Of a stretch of 64,000 nucleotides of DNA, positions 1 through 9,068 are shown one piece after another. The notes beneath the pieces were generated by a model, which saw only the letters and a program-made list of their open reading frames with translations, made no database searches and was not told where the DNA came from. A program made the position numbers and the translations under genes. The DNA comes from Acidimicrobiales bacterium (lineage in GTDB: Bacteria; Actinomycetota; Acidimicrobiia; Acidimicrobiales; JAUTXP01): NCBI GenBank assembly GCA_035651095.1, contig DASRGI010000263.1, positions 1,080 through 65,079 on the forward strand, written 5' to 3'. How positions within the stretch are numbered: the first letter of the stretch is position 1; each line of letters starts with the position of its first letter.

Positions 1-130
1 CGGGGTTGTCCTCGTGGAAGAGGACGACGAAGCCCAGTACGTCGTGGTACCAGTTGATGCTGCGGTCGAGGTCCGAGACGCTGAGGGCGGCGTGGTGCAC
101 GCCGAGGATGTCGGTCACGGGACACAGCAT
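1..130 (-). CDS. VOC (glyoxalase/bleomycin resistance/dioxygenase) family protein, N-terminal part; gene continues beyond window start
   Basis: Minus-strand translation from ATG 130 (or GTG 118) reads MLCPVTDILGVHHAALSVSDLDRSINWYHDVLGFVVLFHEDNP, a typical VOC N-terminal module. It is truncated by the window edge and so absent from the ORF track. Confidence 0.6.
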   Translation of the reverse strand, partial: MLCPVTDILGVHHAALSVSDLDRSINWYHDVLGFVVLFHEDNP

Positions 131-166
131 GATGGACGGGCCGGCCCCTCGGGTAGAAGGTGGGAC

Positions 167-703
167 GTGAAGGCTCGAAGGCAACGCCGCTCCCTGTCGC
201 CCCTCGGTGCCGTGGTGCGCGGCGCCTTCGCCGGTGCCGTGGGCACGGCCGCCATGGACCTGGTGTGGTACGTCCGGTACACGCGCGACGGCGGCGAGCA
301 GAGCTTCCTGGCGTGGGAGTTCGGCGAGAGCATCACCAAGTGGGACGACGTGTCCGCGCCCGGGCAGGTGGGCCGGCGGGTGCTGGAAGGCTTCCTCCAG
401 CAGGAGCTGCCCGACCGCTGGGCCCGCGCCACCAACAACGTGGTGCACTGGCTGTACGGCTCCATGTGGGGCGCCCAGTACGGGGTGGTGGCGGGGTCGG
501 TGGACCGCGAGGCCAAGCCCTCGTGGGGTCTGGCCCTGGCACCGGTGGTGTGGCTGAGTGGGTACGTCGTACTGCCCCTGGCCAAGCTCTACAAGCCCCT
601 GTGGGAGTACGACGCAGAGACGCTGATGAAGGACTTCACCGCCCACCTCGCCTACGGTGCCGCCACCGGCGCGGCCTTCGCCCGGCTCACTGAACCTGAC
701 TGA
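167..703 (+). CDS. hypothetical membrane protein
   Basis: Frame of track ORF 14..703. The first ~50 codons overlap the divergent VOC gene, so I placed the start at in-frame GTG 167 (alternative GTG 212). Hydrophobic segments are present (AVGTAAMDLVWYV, LALAPVVWLSGYVVLPL). No family recognised. Confidence 0.45.
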   Translation: MKARRQRRSLSPLGAVVRGAFAGAVGTAAMDLVWYVRYTRDGGEQSFLAWEFGESITKWDDVSAPGQVGRRVLEGFLQQELPDRWARATNNVVHWLYGSMWGAQYGVVAGSVDREAKPSWGLALAPVVWLSGYVVLPLAKLYKPLWEYDAETLMKDFTAHLAYGAATGAAFARLTEPD

Positions 704-731
704 ACCTGACTGATCCGGGAGTAACGAAGCG

Positions 732-1247
732 ATGGAAACCTGGGATGCAATTCGTTCGCGGCGCAACGTTCGCCAGTACGAGGATCGGCCCATCGAGCGG
801 CCGGACCTCGAGCGCATCCTGGAAGCCGGCCGGCGCACGTCGTCGGCGAGCAACTGGCAGCCGTGGGACTTCGTGGTCGTCACCGATCGCCAGCAGTTGG
901 GCGAGCTGTCCAAGGTGTGGCAGGGTGCCGGTCACGTGGCCACCTCGGCGGCGACGATCGCGCTGATCGCGCCCCTGCCCTTCGACGAGCGGTCCCGCAA
1001 CTGGACGGGCTACGACTTCGGCCAGGCCACCATGAACATGATGCTGGCCGCCACCGACCTGGGCATCGGCACCGGGCACGCGGCCGTGTCCGACCAGGAC
1101 CAGGCCCGGGCCGTCCTGGGCTTCCCCGAGGACCGGTACTGCGCCTACCTGCTGGCCCTCGGCTACCCGGCCGACCGGCCCCTGGCCGTCATCGAGCGCC
1201 CGGACCGGCGCCCGTTCGAAGAGGTCGTGCACTGGGGCAACTGGTAG
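732..1247 (+). CDS. nitroreductase family protein
   Basis: 171 aa. N-terminus WDAIRSRRNVRQYEDRPIERPDLERILEAGRRTSSASNWQPW is the canonical nitroreductase fold signature. Confidence 0.85.
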   Translation: METWDAIRSRRNVRQYEDRPIERPDLERILEAGRRTSSASNWQPWDFVVVTDRQQLGELSKVWQGAGHVATSAATIALIAPLPFDERSRNWTGYDFGQATMNMMLAATDLGIGTGHAAVSDQDQARAVLGFPEDRYCAYLLALGYPADRPLAVIERPDRRPFEEVVHWGNW

Positions 1248-1271
1248 GCCGCGGCGCGGCACACTGGTGCC

Positions 1272-1676
1272 ATGGAACGATCGGTCAGCAGGACGGACGA
1301 GGAATGGCGCGCCCTTCTCCCACCCGAGCGCTACGAGGTACTGCGCCGGGCCGCCACCGAGCGGCCCTTCACGGGCACGTACTGGGACAACCATGACGAC
1401 GGTACCTACCGGTGCGGGGCGTGCGGGGCCGAGCTCTTCTCCTCGGACACCAAGTTCGACTCGGGCTCCGGCTGGCCCAGCTTCACCGAACCGGCGGTGG
1501 CCGAGGCCGTCGAGCTGGTGACCGACGACAGCCACGGCATGATCCGCACCGAGGTGCGGTGCCGGGCGTGTGGATCCCACCTGGGCCACGTGTTCGACGA
1601 CGGCCCCTCGCCCACGGGCATGCGGTACTGCATCAACTCCTGCGCCATCGATCTCGAACCCAAGCCCGCCGAGTAG
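1272..1676 (+). CDS. msrB: peptide-methionine (R)-S-oxide reductase
   Basis: 134 aa with CGAC...CRAC zinc motifs, GSGWPSF and the catalytic GMRYCINS motif. Confidence 0.95.
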   Translation: MERSVSRTDEEWRALLPPERYEVLRRAATERPFTGTYWDNHDDGTYRCGACGAELFSSDTKFDSGSGWPSFTEPAVAEAVELVTDDSHGMIRTEVRCRACGSHLGHVFDDGPSPTGMRYCINSCAIDLEPKPAE

Positions 1677-1679
1677 GGC

Positions 1680-2492
1680 ATGGGCTTGGCGGCGGGCCGC
1701 AACGCCCGAGCGGAAGCGGCGGCGAGGGTGGACTACCGGTGGGACGTGCGCGTGCTCGAGCCCTCGCCGCCCACCGTCACCGAGCCGCCCTTCTTCGCCG
1801 ACGACCCCACGGCCGGCGGCGAGGTCGGGCCCGTCGAGCGGCCGGGCTCGCGCACCTGGGCCGAGGTGTGCGACACCGAGAACGACCCCGACCTGCGGGC
1901 CTGGTGCGAAGACCGCTGGTTGGTTCGCCGCCCTCTCCAACCGCTGCCCGACGCGTCGGTCGCGGCCCGCAAGGTCCTGCACGGCGTGGCTGAGCACACG
2001 CTGGCCTCTGCCCGCCAGGCAGCCAACGGCAAGATCGGCTTGCGCTTCACCTACCACGGGTTCGGCACGCCGTTCTTCGGGGACGACCGGCAGCTACGGG
2101 TGGAGGACGGTGTCCTCGTCGACGGCGACCAGCGCCAACCCCTCGACGTCGACCCGGCCGCGGCCCGGGCCCTGGGCGACTGGTTCGGGTTCTGCGCATC
2201 GCTGCTCGAACAGGTGAGGGGCGATGGGCCCAGCCGCGTCCAGCTCTGGCCCGAGCACTTCGACATGGCGGTGGACCTCGGGCCGGACGGCCAGCGGGCC
2301 AACTTCGGTGGCTCGCCCGGCGACGACGACCACCCCGAGCCCTACCTGTACGTCGGGCCCTTTTCCGAGCACGACGACGACCCGTTCTGGAACGAGCCCT
2401 TCGGCGCCTCGCTGACCTACCAGGAGCTGCTCGACGGCGCCGACCCGCTGGCCTTCTTCCGCACGGGCCGGGAGCTGCTCGGCTTCTCGTAA
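1680..2492 (+). CDS. hypothetical protein (acidic, cytoplasmic)
   Basis: 270-aa ORF with protein-like composition, starting 4 nt after the msrB stop. No family recognised. Its last codons and stop (TTC TCG TAA) lie in a repeat arm. Confidence 0.6.
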   Translation: MGLAAGRNARAEAAARVDYRWDVRVLEPSPPTVTEPPFFADDPTAGGEVGPVERPGSRTWAEVCDTENDPDLRAWCEDRWLVRRPLQPLPDASVAARKVLHGVAEHTLASARQAANGKIGLRFTYHGFGTPFFGDDRQLRVEDGVLVDGDQRQPLDVDPAAARALGDWFGFCASLLEQVRGDGPSRVQLWPEHFDMAVDLGPDGQRANFGGSPGDDDHPEPYLYVGPFSEHDDDPFWNEPFGASLTYQELLDGADPLAFFRTGRELLGFS

Positions 2493-2557
2493 CGCTGGCG
2501 AGCACCATTCCGTCCTGGGCGTGCGAGAACGGCGTGCGGGAACGGCGTGCGAGAACG
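2484..2557. repeat. degenerate copy of the palindromic intergenic repeat; right arm triplicated (3 x 13 nt)
   Basis: Left arm ttctcgtaacgctgg at 2484-2498. Right side is gcgtgcgagaacg / gcgtgcgggaacg / gcgtgcgagaacg at 2519-2557. Confidence 0.7.
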
Positions 2558-2566
2558 GCGGGGGCG

Positions 2567-3367
2567 CTACTCGTCGATGGGGACGGCGCTGACGGTGAAG
2601 GGCCCGAACTGGAAGGCGGGCAGGTACGGCTCGGGGTCGACCGTCCACTCGTAGGCCCGGATCTGGTCGAAGCTGCGGCGGCCGCTCATGGCCCGGAACA
2701 GCTCGAAGGCGGACAGGCGGACGGCGCCCGCCGGCTCGATGCCGTCGGTGCGAAGAGGGTCGCCGCCGAGGATCACGTTGGCGGCCAGGTCGTCACCGGC
2801 CGCTCGCAGGGCGGTCTCGTCGCTCCCCGCCGGTGCCGCGGCGGCGGCGTCACCCGTGCCCGCCACCCACGACCGCAGCTCGGTGCGCACCTCGATGGGC
2901 GCCAGGCCCCGCACGGTGACCGACGGGCCCAGGCCCACGGCCATGAGGAACTCGTCGGACGCGGCGATGGCGGCCGAGTCCCGGGCGCCGGGCCGGGCCA
3001 GGGCGGTACGGATGTCGTGCTCGTGGGTGGTGAGGTCGAACACCAGCTGGGTCCCGCTGCGGCCAGGGAAGAGGTCGGCCATGGCCTCGATCTGCGGCCC
3101 CGTCTCCGCCCACTCCTCGACCAGCTCGCCCACGGGCACGCCCTTGCGGGCCTGGACCTGGGCGTCGGTCCACGGGTCGGTGCCGACTCCGCCAATGTTG
3201 CCGGCCAGGATGTCGGCGCACACGCCGGCCACGTGGGCCACCACGTCGTGCACCGACCACGCCGGGCAGGTCGGCACGGTGGTGGCCGCCTGGTCCTCGT
3301 TCAGATCGCGCACCAACTCGGTGATGCGCCGCCGGCCATCCGCGTACAGCCCCCCGATGTTCCCCAT
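2567..3367 (-). CDS. maleylpyruvate isomerase family mycothiol-dependent enzyme (DinB-like)
   Basis: 266 aa. N-terminus ...VPTCPAWSVHDVVAHV... is the DinB/MDMPI metal-binding helix. The C-terminal half matches the TIGR03083-type pattern from memory. Confidence 0.75.
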   Translation of the reverse strand: MGNIGGLYADGRRRITELVRDLNEDQAATTVPTCPAWSVHDVVAHVAGVCADILAGNIGGVGTDPWTDAQVQARKGVPVGELVEEWAETGPQIEAMADLFPGRSGTQLVFDLTTHEHDIRTALARPGARDSAAIAASDEFLMAVGLGPSVTVRGLAPIEVRTELRSWVAGTGDAAAAAPAGSDETALRAAGDDLAANVILGGDPLRTDGIEPAGAVRLSAFELFRAMSGRRSFDQIRAYEWTVDPEPYLPAFQFGPFTVSAVPIDE

Positions 3368-3385
3368 GGCCCGGCAGCGTACCGC

Positions 3386-4231
3386 TCAGACCCGCACGTC
3401 GGCCTGCCCGGTGTGGTCGATGCGGCCTCGGGCCATGGCGGGAGTGGTGAAGGGCATGGCCAGCGCGCCGGACGGGTCGAGGGCGATGCAGCCGCCCGTT
3501 CCGCCCCGGGCCGTGACCCGAGCCAGGGCCAGGTCGGTGGCGGTGGCCAGGTCGTGCCCGGCCAACCGCAGCAGGGCGTCGACTTCATGGGCGAAGGCGG
3601 CGAGGATGAAGGCCTCGCCGTGCCCGGTGGCGGAGATGGCGCACGTGTCGTCGTCGGCCCACGTGCCCGCCCCCACGACGGGACTGTCGCCGATGCGGCC
3701 GGGGAGCTGGCCATGCATGCCGCCGGTGGACGTGGCCGCAGCCAGGTGACCGTGCTCGTCGAGGGCGACGGCACCGACCGTGCCCGGCGTGGTCGCGCTG
3801 CCGTCCACCAAGAACCACGACGGGTCCTCGGTCTGCAGACCGTGCCGGCGGCCGAACGCCACTGCCGCGGGACCGGCCAGCAGCACGTGGCGGCCGTCGT
3901 CCAGCACGGCCCGCGCCGCGTCGATCGGGTGGCGGATCTCGGTGGCGACGGCCACCGCACCCGCCCGCCGGCTGGTGCCGTCGGCCACGGCGGCGTCGAG
4001 CTCGACGTGGCCGGCGCTGGTGCGCGCTGCACCCCGGCCGGCGTTGAAGTGCTCGTCGTCCTCCAGCACCCGCACGGCCGCCACGACCGCGTCGAGGGCC
4101 GGCCCGCCCGTTCGCAGCACCGCCGCCCCCGCTTCGAGGGCCCGGGTGAGCCCCGCCTCCATGGCCGTGGCCTTGGCCTTGCCTGCCGGGATGGGCCCGG
4201 CACCACCGTGGACCGCCAGCACGTGTGTCAT
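3386..4231 (-). CDS. isoaspartyl peptidase / L-asparaginase (Ntn-hydrolase)
   Basis: C-terminal 281 aa of track ORF 3386..5134, from ATG 4231. Motifs: MTHVLAVHGGAG, HFNAGRGA, autoprocessing GTVGAVALD and GAGTWADD. Confidence 0.9.
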   Translation of the reverse strand: MTHVLAVHGGAGPIPAGKAKATAMEAGLTRALEAGAAVLRTGGPALDAVVAAVRVLEDDEHFNAGRGAARTSAGHVELDAAVADGTSRRAGAVAVATEIRHPIDAARAVLDDGRHVLLAGPAAVAFGRRHGLQTEDPSWFLVDGSATTPGTVGAVALDEHGHLAAATSTGGMHGQLPGRIGDSPVVGAGTWADDDTCAISATGHGEAFILAAFAHEVDALLRLAGHDLATATDLALARVTARGGTGGCIALDPSGALAMPFTTPAMARGRIDHTGQADVRV

Positions 4232-4255
4232 GCGCTCCAGGTCTACCCTCCCGCC

Positions 4256-5107
4256 ATGGCCGGACCGTTGATCGACGCTGCCACGCTGGCCCAGTGGATG
4301 GTCCAGCGGCTGGACGAGGGTGACGGCCCGTTGGTGGTGGCCGACGTGCGCTGGTACCTCGACGGGCGCTCGGGCCGGGAGGCCTACGCGGGTGGGCACA
4401 TTCCCGGCGCCGTGTTCGTGGACCTCGATACCGCGCTGACCGCGGGCGCCGGCCACGGCCCCGGGCGCCACCCGCTCCCTGCGCCTGGCGCCTTCGCCCG
4501 GGCCATGGAGGCGCTCGGCATCGGCGACGGTGTGACCGTGGTGGCCTACGACGACGCCGGTGGTTCCATCGCCGCCCGCCTGTGGTGGATGCTCGACGTC
4601 CAGGACCACGCCGCTCTGGTGCTCGACGGCGGGCTGGCCGCGTGGCCGGGCCCGCTGGTGAAGGAGCCGTCGCCCGGCGAGTCCCCGCTCCCGGCCCCGC
4701 CTGCGCACTTCACCGCTCGGCCCTGGCCGGCCGGCACTCTGGCCGACGCCGACGCGGTGGCGGCCGCCACCGGCGCCGTGCTCGACGCTCGCGCCCCCGA
4801 GCGCTACCGGGGCGACGTGGAGCCCGTCGACCCCCGGGCCGGGCACGTCCCCGGGGCTCGCAACGCCCCCTGGGCCGCCAACCTCGACCCCGCCACCGGC
4901 CGCTTCCTTCCCGCCGCCGCCCTCCGAGCGCGCTACGACGAGTTCGGGCCCGTGGAGATCGCCTACTGCGGCTCGGGCGTGACCGCGTGCCACGACCTGC
5001 TCGCCCTGCGCCTGGCCGGCCTCCCACCCGCCCGGTTGTACGAGGGCTCGTGGTCCGACTGGTCGGCCGACCCCGTTCGGCCCCTCGCCACCGGCCCCAA
5101 TCCCTGA
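4256..5107 (+). CDS. thiosulfate/3-mercaptopyruvate sulfurtransferase (tandem rhodanese domains)
   Basis: Last 283 aa of track ORF 2534..5107, from ATG 4256. Motifs: EAYAGGHIPGAVFVDL, ERYRGDVEP..GHVPGARN, active-site loop YCGSGVTACH. Confidence 0.9.
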   Translation: MAGPLIDAATLAQWMVQRLDEGDGPLVVADVRWYLDGRSGREAYAGGHIPGAVFVDLDTALTAGAGHGPGRHPLPAPGAFARAMEALGIGDGVTVVAYDDAGGSIAARLWWMLDVQDHAALVLDGGLAAWPGPLVKEPSPGESPLPAPPAHFTARPWPAGTLADADAVAAATGAVLDARAPERYRGDVEPVDPRAGHVPGARNAPWAANLDPATGRFLPAAALRARYDEFGPVEIAYCGSGVTACHDLLALRLAGLPPARLYEGSWSDWSADPVRPLATGPNP

Positions 5108-5110
5108 GCA

Positions 5111-5157
5111 TTCTCGTAACGCTGGCGCCGACATAGACGGCCCCAGCGTTACGAGAA
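5111..5157. repeat. palindromic intergenic repeat, canonical copy (15-bp perfect arms, 17-nt loop)
   Basis: ttctcgtaacgctgg (5111-5125) and ccagcgttacgagaa (5143-5157), between convergent genes. Confidence 0.85.
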
Positions 5158-5167
5158 CGGTTTGGCG

Positions 5168-5887
5168 CTAGCCCGGGGCGAGGCCCAGGACGCGCCAGCC
5201 CTGGTCGGGGAAGCCGGCCGCGTCGGCCACCCGGGCCGACGCCACGTTGGCGAAGTCGTGCAGGTACGTGGGCACCCCGCCGGCGGCCAGCACCACCCGG
5301 GCTGCCTCGGCCACCAACCGCCGGCCCAGCCCCTTCCCCCGGGCGGCCTCGTCTGTACCGACGGCCAACTCATGCCCGTACCGGTCGTGGCGCTTGACCC
5401 CGACGCCGGCCAGGTAGCGATCACCCTCGAATGCCACCAACACCCCGCCGTTGAACGGGCGCAGCCAGTCCGGCACACGGGCGTCGCCGGTGTCGACCCA
5501 CTCGCCCAGGGGTTCGAGTGGCGCCGGCGACGAGGACCAGCGGAACATGGCCTGCACCACCCGGGCGCCTCTCCGCCCCACGGCCGCCGCCACCGCCGCC
5601 CCGGCCGTCTCCACGCTCTCGTACGACCCGCCGGCCCGCTCGCCCACGTCCACCGGGACCGACAGCACGCCGCCCGCGTCCCGCCCGGCGGACACGCCGA
5701 TGATGGGATGCCGGGCGCCGTCCCACCCGGGCGCCGAGCGGGCCTCGCTGCCGATCACCAGGACCCGCCCGGGCTCGGGCGGCGGCCACGTCCCCAGCCA
5801 CACGCGCAAGTGTTCGGCCAGCCGCGCCTCGACCTTGCCGGCGACGCCGCCAGCCACTCCGCCGCCCTCGACCCCGCCCTCCTTCAC
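5168..5887 (-). CDS. GNAT family N-acetyltransferase
   Basis: C-terminal 239 aa of track ORF 5168..7408. Acetyl-CoA motif RGKGLGRRLVAEAARVV. GTG 5887 overlaps the upstream TGA (GTGA). Confidence 0.7.
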   Translation of the reverse strand: MKEGGVEGGGVAGGVAGKVEARLAEHLRVWLGTWPPPEPGRVLVIGSEARSAPGWDGARHPIIGVSAGRDAGGVLSVPVDVGERAGGSYESVETAGAAVAAAVGRRGARVVQAMFRWSSSPAPLEPLGEWVDTGDARVPDWLRPFNGGVLVAFEGDRYLAGVGVKRHDRYGHELAVGTDEAARGKGLGRRLVAEAARVVLAAGGVPTYLHDFANVASARVADAAGFPDQGWRVLGLAPG

Positions 5888-8800
5888 GACCTGGCGGTCA
5901 CTTCGAACCACACCGCCTTGCCCGAGCCGTGGGTCTCCACGCCCCACCGGTCGGACAGGGCCTCGACCAGCTCGAGCCCTCGCCCGGTGCTGGCATCCAT
6001 GTCGTGCGATCGCCGGGTGGGCAGCACGGTGCTGCGGTCGTGCACCTCCACCCGCAGGGCGCCGGCGCCCAACCGCAGCACGACGTCCACCTCGGAGCGT
6101 GTGTGCATCACCGCGTTGGTGACCAGCTCCGAAAGCGGTAGCTCGGTCCGCTCGGCCACCTCCTCGGCGCACGACCATTCCTCCAGCGTGCGGTGGGCGA
6201 AGCGGCGGGCGTGGCTGGCCGCGGCCAGGTCGGCGGCGAGGGTGGTGCGGGCCACCCGGGGCCCCACCAGGGCGCGCGGCCGCTCCTCGGGCACGGCACC
6301 GGCGCCGGTGCGGCCCTCGTCCGAGGCGGTGGGAACGGACGGGTCGAAGGGCGCCACCTCGGCGTCGTCGCCCAGTTCCAGCTTGGTGGCGATGGTGCCC
6401 ACCAGCCAGCGCTGGTATTGGCGCACCTCCTCGGCCGGCGGGAGGGTGAGCATGTGACCGGCCTCGGCGAAGGCCTCCACCTCGTCGATGAGGGTGAGGA
6501 ACTGGCGCATGGCGGGGACGGCCAGCACGGGCAGGTCGACGGTGAGGGTGAAGGTGGCATGGCCCCGGGTCAGGGCGGCCTCGGCCTGGTCCCGGAGGGA
6601 CAGCCGGACGCTGGCGAAGCGGGCGAGGATCTCGTCCATGATGGCGAGCAGGCGCTGGGGGTAGTCGGAGCGCAGCACGCCCTGGCGACCGCCCAGCCGC
6701 ACCAGCTCGAACTCCCGCAGCAGCTCGTCGATGTACTCCTCCGACCGCAGGGTGAGGATGGCCGGTGCACCGGCGAGGACCACCGACCGGAGGTCGGGCG
6801 CAGTGTGGGGCACGCCCAGCACGACGATGGCCATGTCGTCCCGGGCCCGGCCTTCCTCCAGCGCCCCCACGGCCGCGGTCACGGCCGAAAGCGTCGCTTG
6901 CGCGCTCGTCCCGCTCGACGCCCGCATGGTGCGATGGAGCAGGTGGGGAGCGAAGTCGCCGGCCGGCGTGCGGGCCTCGATGAGCCCGTCGGTGAACAGC
7001 ACCATGGTGTCGCCCGGGTAGAGCGTGATCTCGGTGTCGTGCACCTCGATGGTGGGGAACAGGCCGATGGCCGTACCCGGCTGGCCCACGGGCCTGATCT
7101 CGCCCGCGGCCGTGCGCAACACGGGGAGGGGATGGCCACCCGACGCCACCCGCACCGCCGTGCCGCCTCCATGGGCGCCGTGGGCGCCGTCGACCCCCAT
7201 GTCGACCGGCGGTTCGATGACGGCGAACACCATGGTGCAGAAGGCCTCGCCCTCCTCGGCGTCGGCCACGGCCTGGTTGCACATGCGCAGCACGGCGCAG
7301 GGGTCGGGATCCATCATGCAAGCGGCCCGCACGGTGTAGCGGGTCAGGGCGGTGAGCGACGCCGCCTCCACGCCTTTGCCCGACACGTCGCCCAGCACCA
7401 CGCCCCACCGCGGCGCGCCCAGCACGGATGGCGCCACGGGGAACACGTCGAAGAAGTCGCCCCCCACGATGGTGCCGTCGCCCGCGGCCCGGTAGTGGGT
7501 GGCCAGGTCGAGTCCGGGGACCGTGGGCGTCCGCGGGGGAAGGAGCGACTGCTGGAGTACCCGGGCCTGCTCCAGCCGGGCCCGATGGGCCAGCGAGTTC
7601 TCGATGGCCACGGCCGCACGCCCGGCCAGGTCCTCCACCTGCACGAGGTCGGCGGTGCCGAACTGCCGGCCCGGCGTGGTCATGGCCAGCATCAGCGTGC
7701 CGAGGGGCCGGGCCCGGGCCCGCAGGGGGACGATCAGCGCCGACCGGGTGCCCAGCGCCTCCAGCAGTCGCCGGTGCTCCTCGTCCTCGGCCAGATCGGC
7801 CCAGAGTTCCTGGGGCACCTCGACGCTCATCACCGGCTCGGCCGTGATCGCCACCCTCCGCAGGGTGGGGTCGGTGGCCACGTCGCCGTCCCGGGCCGAG
7901 AGCTGGCGCATGACGGCCTCGCCCTCCGGGTCCCGGTGGGCCAGCGCGACCAGCCGCAGGTCATCGCCATCCCACAGGTGGACGGCAGCGCCGTCGGCCA
8001 GGGCGGGGACGGACAGCCGGGTGATGCGGGCCAAGGTGTCCTCGTACTCCAGCGAGCTGGCCAGCAGCCGGCTGGCGTCGGCCAGGAACGCTTGGCGCCG
8101 GCCCGAGTCCCGCTCCTGCTCGTACAGCCGGGCCCGCTCCAGGGCCTGCGCGCACTGGGCACCCATGGCCTCGAGGAACTGCACGTCCTCCGGCGGGAAG
8201 GCCCGGGGCGTCTCGAAGCTCAGGCTGATGGCGCCCATGGCCCGGCCCTCGAAGAGGAGGGGGACGACGGCCAGCGCGTGGTCGTAGAGGGGCGGGGAGT
8301 CGGCGATGGCCGGGTACCGCTGGTTGCGCTCCTCCAGCGACGTGATGAGCACGATCCGGCCGTTGCGCACGGCGTCGCCCGCCGGATGCTCGCCTGCCAC
8401 CGGGTAGGTGGACCACTTGCCGGCGATGTCGGGATCGATGTTGTAGGCGCCGACCATGCGCATCTCGCTGCCCGCCTCGGTGACGAGCGACAGCGACCCC
8501 CGCTCGCTGCCCAGTTCCTTGCACGCCTGGTCAACCACCACGCGGGTGACGTGGTCGATGTCGACGGCCTGCGACAGGGCCGACGTCACCGCTTGCAACC
8601 GGGTCAGGCGCTCGGCCGCCCGCTCGGCCGCGTCCCTGGCCGCCTCCAGCCGGTCGAGGACGCCCGACGCCACCAGCGCGGTGAGGGCGAACACGCCCAC
8701 GGCGAACACCTCGCCGGGGGTGTCGGCGCTCACCACGCCCACCGGGCGCATGTAGAAGGTGAGGAGCCCGACGGTCGACAGGCCCGCGGCCAGGAGACCG

Positions 8801-9027
8801 GGCCCGATGCGCCCCACGGCCACGGCGGCCACCACGGTGAGCAGGTAGCAGAGGGCGGGGACCAGGGCCGTGCCCCGCTCGCCGTGGGGGACGACGGCGG
8901 TGACCATGGCCGGTCCGCCCACGGCCAGCAGGTAGCCGGCGACCGAAATGTCGCGCCAGCGCTGGCGGTCGGCACGGGTGCGCACGGCCATAGGTTGGCG
9001 CACGCGCTGGCCAGATGTGAGCCACAC
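5884..9027 (-). CDS. multidomain sensor: DUF4118-like 4-TM, GAF, GAF, PP2C/SpoIIE phosphatase, unassigned helical domain, RsbW-like HATPase
   Basis: 1047-aa uninterrupted ORF (alternative start ATG 8991). PP2C motifs GGDFFDV, VLGDVSGKG, LFTDGLIE, DDMAIVVL. C-terminus ELVTNAVMH...GRGLELVEALSDRWG is the anti-sigma-kinase ATPase fold. Confidence 0.85.
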   Translation of the reverse strand: MWLTSGQRVRQPMAVRTRADRQRWRDISVAGYLLAVGGPAMVTAVVPHGERGTALVPALCYLLTVVAAVAVGRIGPGLLAAGLSTVGLLTFYMRPVGVVSADTPGEVFAVGVFALTALVASGVLDRLEAARDAAERAAERLTRLQAVTSALSQAVDIDHVTRVVVDQACKELGSERGSLSLVTEAGSEMRMVGAYNIDPDIAGKWSTYPVAGEHPAGDAVRNGRIVLITSLEERNQRYPAIADSPPLYDHALAVVPLLFEGRAMGAISLSFETPRAFPPEDVQFLEAMGAQCAQALERARLYEQERDSGRRQAFLADASRLLASSLEYEDTLARITRLSVPALADGAAVHLWDGDDLRLVALAHRDPEGEAVMRQLSARDGDVATDPTLRRVAITAEPVMSVEVPQELWADLAEDEEHRRLLEALGTRSALIVPLRARARPLGTLMLAMTTPGRQFGTADLVQVEDLAGRAAVAIENSLAHRARLEQARVLQQSLLPPRTPTVPGLDLATHYRAAGDGTIVGGDFFDVFPVAPSVLGAPRWGVVLGDVSGKGVEAASLTALTRYTVRAACMMDPDPCAVLRMCNQAVADAEEGEAFCTMVFAVIEPPVDMGVDGAHGAHGGGTAVRVASGGHPLPVLRTAAGEIRPVGQPGTAIGLFPTIEVHDTEITLYPGDTMVLFTDGLIEARTPAGDFAPHLLHRTMRASSGTSAQATLSAVTAAVGALEEGRARDDMAIVVLGVPHTAPDLRSVVLAGAPAILTLRSEEYIDELLREFELVRLGGRQGVLRSDYPQRLLAIMDEILARFASVRLSLRDQAEAALTRGHATFTLTVDLPVLAVPAMRQFLTLIDEVEAFAEAGHMLTLPPAEEVRQYQRWLVGTIATKLELGDDAEVAPFDPSVPTASDEGRTGAGAVPEERPRALVGPRVARTTLAADLAAASHARRFAHRTLEEWSCAEEVAERTELPLSELVTNAVMHTRSEVDVVLRLGAGALRVEVHDRSTVLPTRRSHDMDASTGRGLELVEALSDRWGVETHGSGKAVWFEVTARS

Positions 9028-9068
9028 CCAGGAACGGAGCGCCAGCCGGACTCCGTCCGGCTGATGGT

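Noticed and set aside
687-2057. Long antisense ORFs of 450-1000 aa: 687..2057(-), the 5' part of 2534..5107(+), 6193..9114(+), 10391..12766(+), 41585..43027(+), 58112..60076(-), and others.
   Set aside because: Their Arg/Gly/Pro/Ala-rich, low-complexity translations are typical of off-frame or antisense reading of high-GC DNA. Each is fully overlapped by a gene with clear family motifs on the other strand or frame.
5168-7408. Track ORFs that merge a real gene with a long upstream open frame: 5168..7408, 3386..5134, 9069..10538, 15293..17911, 16988..18586, 35346..36590, 42709..43551.
   Set aside because: Only the C-terminal portions show family motifs. The N-terminal extensions overlap other well-supported genes. 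I trimmed the starts to the first plausible start codon adjacent to the conserved region.
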